From an uncultured Chitinophaga sp. (GTDB taxonomy: Bacteria > Bacteroidota > Bacteroidia > Chitinophagales > LD1): a stretch of DNA of 64,000 nt. Of this stretch, positions 1 to 8,008 are shown piece by piece. The position numbers were made by a program, and so were the translations under genes. How positions within the stretch are numbered: the first letter of the stretch is position 1; each line of letters starts with the position of its first letter. A model generated the notes under the pieces. It was given only the letters and a program-made list of their open reading frames with translations. It had not been told where the DNA came from and did no database searches. The stretch spans positions 326 through 64,325 of the forward strand of contig CAZTNA010000007.1 in NCBI GenBank assembly GCA_964615305.1. Direction: 5' to 3'.

Positions 1-1573
1 AGAACGTGAAATACATTTTGAAAGCAAATCACAACTTGCTCTGATGAGACGTTGTTTGGGGATATGTTGTTGTTCAAAGAACGTGAAATACATTTTGAAA
101 GCAAATCACAACTTATTTAACATCCATCCTTTTAATACATTTGTTGTTGTTCAAAGAACGTGAAATACATTTTGAAAGCAAATCACAACACATAAAGGTT
201 TTCGGTGGTGTAAGAAGAAGTTGTTGTTCAAAGAACGTGAAATACATTTTGAAAGCAAATCACAACTTGCAATACCGGTTTAAGATTTGGTGATGCGTTG
301 TTGTTCAAAGAACGTGAAATACATTTTGAAAGCAAATCACAACATCTGGAAGCAGGTGCTGGGAAAGATTGGTGTTGTTGTTCAAAGAACGTGAAATACA
401 TTTTGAAAGCAAATCACAACTAACTGCTCCTGCTGCTTTATGTAGTCGTCGTTGTTGTTCAAAGAACGTGAAATACATTTTGAAAGCAAATCACAACTAA
501 CAGATGATGACAGAGCTGAGGTGCTTGGTTGTTGTTCAAAGAACGTGAAATACATTTTGAAAGCAAATCACAACAAGGGCAGGGGGAGCCAAAAAAATCA
601 ATTGGTTGTTGTTCAAAGAACGTGAAATACATTTTGAAAGCAAATCACAACACCGGTGGGTTTATTTCATCAGTTCAATAAGTTGTTGTTCAAAGAACGT
701 GAAATACATTTTGAAAGCAAATCACAACTGAATCTCGGTCAACATTCTTAGTTGAACCGTTGTTGTTCAAAGAACGTGAAATACATTTTGAAAGCAAATC
801 ACAACATAGAGTCCTCTCCATAGTGGAGAACTATTGTTGTTGTTCAAAGAACGTGAAATACATTTTGAAAGCAAATCACAACTTGCTGGCTTGAAGAGCT
901 GCTTTGATAAGGTTGTTGTTCAAAGAACGTGAAATACATTTTGAAAGCAAATCACAACAAAGATTCTCCGGATGAAGATTTAGCTAAAGTTGTTGTTCAA
1001 AGAACGTGAAATACATTTTGAAAGCAAATCACAACATCCACGAAGAGCACTGTCCAAATGCAGCTGTTGTTGTTCAAAGAACGTGAAATACATTTTGAAA
1101 GCAAATCACAACTTCCGGCAAGCTGCTCCGGTGCAATTTCTTGTTGTTGTTCAAAGAACGTGAAATACATTTTGAAAGCAAATCACAACAGTTTATCTCG
1201 TCAATCAACATGCTTCTAGGTTGTTGTTCAAAGAACGTGAAATACATTTTGAAAGCAAATCACAACAATGAAAGACCTCTGTAAGTGTAAACAAGGTTGT
1301 TGTTCAAAGAACGTGAAATACATTTTGAAAGCAAATCACAACAGTATCGTAGTAGTCAAGAGATAAAGTCAAGTTGTTGTTCAAAGAACGTGAAATACAT
1401 TTTGAAAGCAAATCACAACGGCATGTTGCCTTTGTGCTTAATCGAGAAAGTTGTTGTTCAAAGAACGTGAAATACATTTTGAAAGCAAATCACAACTCAT
1501 AAAAAGTTGATACAGCTTTTAAATTTGTTGTTTTTCAAAGAACGTGAAAAACATTTTGAAATAAGCCGAATCC
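1..1573 (-). CRISPR. CRISPR array: 21 repeats of 47 nt (first cut by window edge, last degenerate), 20 unique spacers of 29-30 nt; type II-C-like repeat
   Basis: Plus-strand repeat GTTGTTGTTCAAAGAACGTGAAATACATTTTGAAAGCAAATCACAAC starts at 66, 143, 220, 297, 374, 451, 528, 605, 682, 759, 836, 912, 989, 1066, 1143, 1220, 1296, 1373 and 1450. A partial copy is at 1-35 and a degenerate copy at 1527-1573. The reverse complement begins GTTGTGATTTGCTTTCAAA, as I recall for Bacteroidota II-C repeats, so minus-strand orientation is inferred. Confidence 0.97.
1527..1573 (-). repeat. Degenerate terminal CRISPR repeat
   Basis: GTTGTTTTTCAAAGAACGTGAAAAACATTTTGAAATAAGCCGAATCC. The first 35 nt match the consensus with 2 mismatches; the last 12 nt have diverged. 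Confidence 0.85.
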
Positions 1574-1580
1574 CCCCCCC
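1572..1580. repeat. C9 homopolymer at the array boundary
   Basis: A run of nine C is read directly at the end of the degenerate repeat. Confidence 0.9.
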
Positions 1581-1711
1581 TCAAATGCTAGTGTGTATGA
1601 GTAAAGCTAATGATCACTCACTTTGTTTTTACCCCGTTATGCTGCAGTTTAGCATTACATTCCTCAAAAATTATTAACACATTGCCTTTACTATAAATCA
1701 GTTCTGTAGAT

Positions 1712-2590
1712 ATGGATATAAGCACACTGCTAACCAAAAACAGTTTATCGTTTCACCATCAGGTATTAAAAGGCATTAGCCAAATTATGCTTCAGGAAAA
1801 TGTTATTACCGGGCTACTAATTTTAACCGGCATATTTTACGGTTCGCCAGTTATGGGCATTGCCGCTATTACTGCAGCAGCATGTGGTACTGCCGCTGCA
1901 TTACTGTTTAAATTTAACGCAGATGATGTTAACAAAGGGCTCTACGGATTTAGTGCTGCTTTGGTGGGGGTAGCCATTGTTACATTCTTTAAAGCGCAAT
2001 GGTGGATGTGGGTATTAATACCGGTTGGCTCGGTGGCAGCCACTACTATTCAGCATTTGTTTATAAAAAGAAACATACCGGCATTTACTTTACCTTTTGT
2101 AGTAGTTAGTTGGGTGGCCGTTTACGGAGCCAAGCTGTATTTTCCCGATACTTTACTTTCTAACATACCGGCAGACGTTTCGGAAGCTAATAGTTTCGAT
2201 TATGCATTAAGAGGATTTGGCCAGGTTATTTTTCAAGACTACACAGTTTCCGGTGCTTTGTTTTTTATTGCTGTGTTTATAAGCACACCAATAGCAGCAT
2301 TGTACGGGCTGGCTGCGGCCACATTAGCATCGGTTGTATCGTGTCAACTTGCTTATCCTGCCGTTGATATTCAACACGGTTTGTTTGCTTTTAATGCGGT
2401 GCTGTGTGCCATAACCTTTGCGGGCAGTAAGCTGACTGACGGTCTTTGGGTGTTGTTAGCCACAGCGGTGTCATTGCTGGCCACCTATCTACTACTAAAT
2501 TATAATGTCATACAGCTTACCTTTCCGTTTGTGGTGGCATCGGTGATAACTACCTATCTAAAAGCCGGGTTACTTTCCGGCAGTAAATAG
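1712..2590 (+). CDS. Urea transporter (UT family)
   Basis: 292 aa polytopic membrane ORF. N-terminal LKGISQIMLQENVITGLLILTGIFY and GLYGFSAALVGVA motifs are typical of the bacterial UT family. Confidence 0.8.
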   Translation: MDISTLLTKNSLSFHHQVLKGISQIMLQENVITGLLILTGIFYGSPVMGIAAITAAACGTAAALLFKFNADDVNKGLYGFSAALVGVAIVTFFKAQWWMWVLIPVGSVAATTIQHLFIKRNIPAFTLPFVVVSWVAVYGAKLYFPDTLLSNIPADVSEANSFDYALRGFGQVIFQDYTVSGALFFIAVFISTPIAALYGLAAATLASVVSCQLAYPAVDIQHGLFAFNAVLCAITFAGSKLTDGLWVLLATAVSLLATYLLLNYNVIQLTFPFVVASVITTYLKAGLLSGSK

Positions 2591-2845
2591 TTTATTCAGC
2601 TTCACCATTACTCTCATTACTTCGGCTTTTTACAATCAACCGCTTGGGGCAATTGTCATAGAATTGTCATCTTTTTCATAAAATATTTTTGGCACACAAC
2701 ATTAAGCACCGCGCAGCGTTCTTATTATATAAAGCGCTTTAATGTATTACCAACCAAAAACAAATGCTTATGAAACAGAACAAGGGGTGAAGGTCCTCTT
2801 AGGCAGTAACTGCGCGCGATGTTCATCGCTCATAAACAAACTGAA

Positions 2846-2882
2846 GACACGCACCGTATGTTTTTGCGCGTGCCATTTTTTT
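2846..2882 (+). terminator. Weak hairpin plus T7 run just upstream of the 2904 start; possible attenuator or sRNA terminator
   Basis: CACGC (2848-2852) pairs with GCGTG (2868-2872), with flanking G-C pairs, followed by ATTTTTTT. It lies 22 nt before the ATG. Confidence 0.3.
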
Positions 2883-2903
2883 AACTCAGTAAACAACTAA
2901 GAT

Positions 2904-3518
2904 ATGGCAAAGCTTAAAATGAGTTTTGACAAATTAACGGTTCCATTACAGATAGAGCGTGCCCGCCAAATAATAAATTCTATGACGGGTAATGTGAACT
3001 TTGCAACACCGAATCCAACGTTGGCTGAAGTAACCACAGCAAACAATGCGCTGGAAACTGCTTTTAATGAATCTCGAAACAGGGATAAAAACAAGATAGC
3101 CAGCATGCGTTTGCGCAGAACAGAGTTACTTTTTCTAATTACCCAACTGGCTGCCTATGTGCAGGAAGCCAGCGGAGGTAACGAAGAAAAAATTCGCAGC
3201 AGCGGGTTTGGCGTTCGCAGGGCAAATACACCCAAGCCGGTAGTAGCCGGTGAGGTAACTAACGTTCGTCTGAAAGACGGAAGCAATAGCGGCAGCATAG
3301 TGGTAGATTGGGACAAAGCCAGTGATGCAATTATATACATCATTAGCGTGCGTACCGAAGGTGAACCCGAACCCGTAGGGTTTAAGGGAGTTACCACTAA
3401 AACGCAAAAAGAGATTGACGGATTAACACCGGGAAAAAACTACCTGGTTACCGTTCGGGCTCTTGGCCGCGAAGAAGCAGGCCCTGTTAGTGATCCTGCT
3501 TATATTATTGCCCGCTAA
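2904..3518 (+). CDS. Hypothetical protein: helical N-domain plus C-terminal fibronectin type III domain, no signal peptide
   Basis: 204 aa ORF. The C-terminal half (VTNVRLKDGSNSGSIVVDWDKASDAIIYIISV...LTPGKNYLVTVRALG) has an FN3 pattern. The N-terminus MAKLKMSFDKLTVPLQIERARQI is hydrophilic. Confidence 0.7.
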   Translation: MAKLKMSFDKLTVPLQIERARQIINSMTGNVNFATPNPTLAEVTTANNALETAFNESRNRDKNKIASMRLRRTELLFLITQLAAYVQEASGGNEEKIRSSGFGVRRANTPKPVVAGEVTNVRLKDGSNSGSIVVDWDKASDAIIYIISVRTEGEPEPVGFKGVTTKTQKEIDGLTPGKNYLVTVRALGREEAGPVSDPAYIIAR

Positions 3519-3611
3519 GAATGCAAAACAAGTTTTTAAATAGAACAAAAACTGGTATAAAATGATGAGTATCAATCCGGGTAAAAGTTCCGTGCAAACT
3601 ACAACCCATTA

Positions 3612-3643
3612 GAAAGCCCTGTTTACTGCAAACACGGGCTTTC
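3612..3643. terminator. Bidirectional hairpin between convergent genes
   Basis: GAAAGCCC (3612-3619) pairs with GGGCTTTC (3636-3643). The inner TGTTT/AAACA pairing extends the stem. Confidence 0.6.
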
Positions 3644-3700
3644 GCATTTTATAAAGTTAGTGAATGCAAGCGATAGTACGCCCGCCCCTACCGCCCAAGT

Positions 3701-4768
3701 TTAATTCAGGTAAATAAGATAAAGCCCAAACTTGGTAGTATTATAATCATACAAGCAGGCCAGCATGGTGTAATCATTTAAAAAAGCTGTGCCGTAAAAG
3801 CTAAAATGGTCAGGTATTTCGAAGGCACCTTCAACAAGCATAGTGGTTGAATTTGATTTTTGTATAACACTAGTGTTGCCCGGAGTAAAATACAAAAAGC
3901 CATTGCGCCCCGCCAAAGTTCCCGCGCCTCCGGTGGCTAATTCGTTTCCCCATACATTGTTTACAAAGTCGAATTTTCGAATACCCGAGTAGGTCATACC
4001 GAACAAACTGGTGCCGTCTGTAGCCAAGGCATATATACTGCCTACCGGATTACCTACCTGCACACTGTTTTCTACTATGCCGGTAGTAGGGGCTACCCGA
4101 TATAAATAGCTGTTGGGGTTTCCCCATTGGTACACCATAAACTTACCATTAAAAAATTCAACGTTATCTTGATAACCCACTTCTGAAATAAACAAAGGAT
4201 CTACCGGAGTTTCGGTAGCAGTGTAGGAGTTGTTGTTTACGGTTAGGCCTTTAAACACATAACCCGAACCGTTGTGGTGGGGGTCTGTTACTACAGTGCT
4301 ATAATATGATGTCATATCGCTGTACCGGTCGGTGCCTGCGCTGCCTGAGTTAACAGCTCCAATATAAGTTACACTCACAGGTTTTACCCAGGTATTGGCC
4401 GAAGGCACATTACTGCTTCGCTCAGCAGTAATAGTATTGTTAAATGTAGGAGTGCGGCTTAAAGTAAGTGTTCCGCTCTGAATAGAAAACGTGCAGGTAG
4501 AGCCATACTGAAAATTAATAGTATCGCCTGAAACTGTGTAAGTGTAACTTGCTTTAGAGCGCATGTTGTAATAACCCGATTCTGTAAAAAAGTAAACAGA
4601 ATCGTCAGAAAACTCTATGTACTTGTAGCCAAACCCCTGTGAACTTACTACGTAGCGCCCTATATGCGACTCAGGTATTGGTTGATCGGCATTATCTTTT
4701 TTGCAACCTGTAAAAAAGGCAACTACAAAAAGTATTGCCAAAACAGAAATTGTAAAACCTTTTTTCAT
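3701..4768 (-). CDS. Hypothetical lipoprotein
   Basis: The ORF track extends to 4915, but the internal start MKKGFTISVLAILFVVAFFTGC (ATG at 4768) gives a lipoprotein signal with a lipobox Cys. Confidence 0.7.
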   Translation of the reverse strand: MKKGFTISVLAILFVVAFFTGCKKDNADQPIPESHIGRYVVSSQGFGYKYIEFSDDSVYFFTESGYYNMRSKASYTYTVSGDTINFQYGSTCTFSIQSGTLTLSRTPTFNNTITAERSSNVPSANTWVKPVSVTYIGAVNSGSAGTDRYSDMTSYYSTVVTDPHHNGSGYVFKGLTVNNNSYTATETPVDPLFISEVGYQDNVEFFNGKFMVYQWGNPNSYLYRVAPTTGIVENSVQVGNPVGSIYALATDGTSLFGMTYSGIRKFDFVNNVWGNELATGGAGTLAGRNGFLYFTPGNTSVIQKSNSTTMLVEGAFEIPDHFSFYGTAFLNDYTMLACLYDYNTTKFGLYLIYLN

Positions 4769-4883
4769 ACATGTTTTAATTACTACGTAAATATATTCAG
4801 TATTTGAACCCAAAAAAATCAAACTTATTACCCGGGTCGGTTTTTTCATAATCACTGCCTTTGTTGCTCGGGTGCTGTTTCTT

Positions 4884-6101
4884 CTACTTGAGTAAGTTAG
4901 AAACAACCAGTCCATTAAAATACTTTTCGGCAGTAACAGGTTTCATGATAGTTTCTTTATCGTCTTCTGTTTTAAAGTAGTCGGTATTGCCGTATTCGTC
5001 AGTTTCTTTGGTGTAGCCCTTTACAAGCTTTGCAGCATTAAACTCGCCAATAGTTTTATCGCCATTTGTAAATTTCAACTGCGCATAGCCGGTACGGGTG
5101 CTGTTTGCAATAGCCCCCCAGAACAATTCACCTTCTTCTGCTTGGTTAAACTCTACTCCATTGGCCAAAACCCCGTTGAGCATATTGCCTAAGCGGTAGT
5201 TGCCGTTGGTAAAGCGAAGCCATCCGGTTCCGTTAAACGTATCGTTGCTAAAATATCCGGTGTATTCAAATTCGGCATTGCTTATTCTAACAGTTCCTTT
5301 AATCAGTTTCCCTTCACTAAAAATACCACTATAGATGTTTCGGTCAATAATCAAAAGACCTCTCCCATCAGGCAGACCTTTTCGTTTTTCACCGCTGTAC
5401 AATGCGCCTTTACTGTTGCCTGACTTTTTGCCAAATATTTCAGCGGCTTGCTTTTGCAGTTCGTTGGCCAATGTATTAACCTCCTGTATATAGTTGTTTT
5501 CTTTTTCGCGCAGTTCATTGCGTTGCTGTAGTAACTGCTGGTAAAACTCTTCTTCTTTGCCCATCATTACCTTTTGCAAATAGGGGTGTTGCTCTAAGTG
5601 GCGGAGCATAATTTCATTATGCTTTTTTATGCGGTTTTTGCTGAGTGGATCAAGCTCAATTTCCTGATGTTCGTTTAAAACAAACTTATGCAGCACCAAA
5701 TAATCAAGCACCGTATCGGCACATGAAAACAAAAATGCGTAGCGGTTTTGCATACTAAAACTTGTATCGGGCTTAGCTTCATTACTAAAAATAAGTCCAC
5801 TTATACTTGGGTCATACTTAGTGGTGCTGCCAAATGATGCACCGTTTTCGGGGCGCACTGTAATAGAAAATTGTTTCGAAACGCGGTTGTTCTTGAGCGT
5901 GACGGTGCACAATGGTTTTTTTTGTGCGGTGTAAAGTTTATAGTTGGTTTGATAAACATCATTGGCTGCGGGAAGCTGAGTGCGATCATATAAAATTAAC
6001 GATGGTTCACTATTGGCATTATTCATTTTGCCTTTCATGAAATCTTGTGCGTTTACAAAATGCAACAAAAAACAAAGTAAAATGAGTAACAGTTTGTCCA
6101 T
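4884..6101 (-). CDS. Secreted MORN-repeat protein with central coiled coil
   Basis: Signal peptide MDKLLLILLCFLLHFVNAQ. The C-terminal half has repeated YxGxxxxGxxxGxG-like units (YSGIFSEGKLIKG, YTGYFSNDTFNGTG, GNMLNGVLANG). Confidence 0.7.
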   Translation of the reverse strand: MDKLLLILLCFLLHFVNAQDFMKGKMNNANSEPSLILYDRTQLPAANDVYQTNYKLYTAQKKPLCTVTLKNNRVSKQFSITVRPENGASFGSTTKYDPSISGLIFSNEAKPDTSFSMQNRYAFLFSCADTVLDYLVLHKFVLNEHQEIELDPLSKNRIKKHNEIMLRHLEQHPYLQKVMMGKEEEFYQQLLQQRNELREKENNYIQEVNTLANELQKQAAEIFGKKSGNSKGALYSGEKRKGLPDGRGLLIIDRNIYSGIFSEGKLIKGTVRISNAEFEYTGYFSNDTFNGTGWLRFTNGNYRLGNMLNGVLANGVEFNQAEEGELFWGAIANSTRTGYAQLKFTNGDKTIGEFNAAKLVKGYTKETDEYGNTDYFKTEDDKETIMKPVTAEKYFNGLVVSNLLK

Positions 6102-6104
6102 AGT

Positions 6105-7322
6105 TTATTCACAGTTGGCCCCATCTACCCTCGCAAAACTTCCATCGGCATTGTAATACACATAAGGCATGGCGTAGTAAGTGGTTGATTTTTGTTTCAG
6201 CGTTACCATACACTTATATTTTTGCAAACCTGAAGGAAGTTTTTCTATCAGCGTAAGTTGTGTGAGTGATTCTATTTCTCCTGATCCTATTATCACATCG
6301 CAGCCCGAAAGTCGCTTGCCTGATAAATCGGTTATAATTTGTTGTTCGGTTACCCCTTTAACTATGGGTTTGGGAGTTTCTACTATAGCTGAAATGGGTT
6401 CGGCAGGCTGCTCGTTCTTGGTTTCAGCAACTGCTACTTCTGTTTCTGTTGTGCTGCTCTCTTCCACCACCGGCTCTGCCTGTACAACCGTTGACTCTGT
6501 GGTTGTTTCAGCCATCTGCTCAGTTTCGTGTGTGGGTGCAACTTCGGCAGGCAATTCATTAACAGGCCTGTTGTTTAAAAAGTAAATACCCGCAAACGCA
6601 ATGGCGGTAAAAAGCACTAACAACAAAATTGCTGCTGCTCTTCGTTTTTTCGGGGTAGTGCGTTCTGTAATAGGTTGTTCAACAAATACAACCGGCTCTT
6701 CTATATTGGGGGTACCTGAAACAGGCTTAACGGCTATCGGAAATGTATTTTGTGTTTCGGGTATTTGTTGCTGAAGAATTTCGAGTTTGTCTTTAAGTTT
6801 CTGGTTCTGTTCATCAATATGCTGTAACCCCTCTCTTACTTCGTTTACCAACTCAGAGGTTTGCTTTTTTTGCTGTTCGGTTTCTTCTCTTATCCGTAAT
6901 ATTTCTTGTTGTAGTTTAGCTTCAGATTTTTCGCGCTCTGCCTGTTCTTGCTGAAGTTTTTCACTCAGCAAGCGGTCGGCTTCCTGCTTCTGTTTTTCTA
7001 ATTCATGACGCAGCAAACGTTCTTTTTCAGCTATCTCTGCTGCAGCTAATTTTTGCTGTTCTAACAAAATCTGTTTCCGTTCAGTTTCCTCCTTCTGCTT
7101 TCGCAAATTTTCTTGCCTCAAAAACTCTTGTTGAGCTTCTTCTTTTTGTTGCAATTCCTTTTCTATCCGCTCCTTTTCTTCCCGAAGTTTATCGAGTACC
7201 GAAGTTTGGTCTGAAAGCAAGGTGAAAGCCGGGACAAAAAACGGATTAACAGTACCACACTGAGCACAAAATCTCTGGCTCAGCTCTAATTGACTACCAC
7301 AGGCACTGCAAAATTTTTTCAT
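6105..7322 (-). CDS. Zinc-ribbon / long coiled-coil / single-TM protein
   Basis: N-terminal CSACG-x11-CAQCG zinc ribbon, about 150 aa of E/K/Q-rich coiled coil, TM AAAILLLVLFTAIAFAGIYFL, and an extracytoplasmic C-domain. The stop lies 3 nt from the next gene's start. Confidence 0.75.
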   Translation of the reverse strand: MKKFCSACGSQLELSQRFCAQCGTVNPFFVPAFTLLSDQTSVLDKLREEKERIEKELQQKEEAQQEFLRQENLRKQKEETERKQILLEQQKLAAAEIAEKERLLRHELEKQKQEADRLLSEKLQQEQAEREKSEAKLQQEILRIREETEQQKKQTSELVNEVREGLQHIDEQNQKLKDKLEILQQQIPETQNTFPIAVKPVSGTPNIEEPVVFVEQPITERTTPKKRRAAAILLLVLFTAIAFAGIYFLNNRPVNELPAEVAPTHETEQMAETTTESTVVQAEPVVEESSTTETEVAVAETKNEQPAEPISAIVETPKPIVKGVTEQQIITDLSGKRLSGCDVIIGSGEIESLTQLTLIEKLPSGLQKYKCMVTLKQKSTTYYAMPYVYYNADGSFARVDGANCE

Positions 7323-7417
7323 ACGGTTTACACTTCAAAGTAACAGCGTATGAATTGAAACGGAAACTCTTTTATCCACACCTGTATAGTGCGAAACGTG
7401 TAAGAGTGTATTGGTAT

Positions 7418-7999
7418 CTAAACTAATTTTTGCAGTTCGGCATACACACGATTAATGGGCAAGCCCACCACATTAAAGTAATCGCCCTCAAATTTCTTAA
7501 TGCCTACGGCACCTATCCATTCCTGACAAGCGTACGATCCTGCTTTGTCAAATGGTTTATACTTGTTTACATACCATTCTATTTCTCCGCGGTTCAGTTT
7601 ATTGAAATACACTTTCGTGGTTTCAGAAAAAAGAATTTGATGTGGACCATACAGCATACAAACTCCGGTTATTACTCTATGCATTTTTCCACTGAGAGTT
7701 GTGAGCATATCTACGGCTTCTGCCTGATTAGCCGGTTTCTCAAAAATTTTTCCGTTCAGCAATACAATAGTATCGGCACCAATCACCACACAGTCTTTTT
7801 TTATTGAATCGAAAACCGCTTTTGCTTTTTTTTGCGCCAGGTGCACAGGAATTTGTTGTGGCCTCATTCCTTTGGGGTGGCTTTCTTCTACATGCTTCGA
7901 CTTTACCTCAAATGTAAAGCCTGCCATGGTCATTAACTCTTTTCTTCGGGGCGAGTTTGAAGCAAGAATAATCTTGGGAGTACTTTTCTTTACAACCAT
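7418..7999 (-). CDS. maf: Maf-like nucleoside triphosphate pyrophosphatase
   Basis: Motifs ILASNSPRRKELM, GADTIV and NVVGLP. Confidence 0.9.
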   Translation of the reverse strand: MVVKKSTPKIILASNSPRRKELMTMAGFTFEVKSKHVEESHPKGMRPQQIPVHLAQKKAKAVFDSIKKDCVVIGADTIVLLNGKIFEKPANQAEAVDMLTTLSGKMHRVITGVCMLYGPHQILFSETTKVYFNKLNRGEIEWYVNKYKPFDKAGSYACQEWIGAVGIKKFEGDYFNVVGLPINRVYAELQKLV

Positions 8000-8008
8000 A
8001 AATGTAAG

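Noticed and set aside
2689-2709. Sigma-54-like TTGGCAC ... AAGCA element
   Set aside because: The GG-to-GC spacing is about 4 nt longer than the canonical TGGCAC-N5-TTGC geometry.
1574-2903. Possible tracrRNA or anti-repeat in the non-coding DNA flanking the array
   Set aside because: I found no stretch on either strand resembling the repeat or its complement (for example TTGAAAGCAAATCACAAC). The tracrRNA is expected next to cas9, outside the window.
4769-4915. N-terminal extension of the 3701 ORF, and similar ORF-track extensions at 17048, 18557, 19365, 23655, 26992, 28750, 41817, 44896, 49020 and 52675
   Set aside because: In each case an internal Met gives a canonical signal peptide or a conserved family N-terminus. 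The upstream residues look like translated intergenic DNA.
6181-6585. 134 aa plus-strand ORF
   Set aside because: It is antisense to the low-complexity part of the zinc-ribbon/coiled-coil gene. Its Ser/Val/Cys-rich translation is typical of an out-of-frame artefact.
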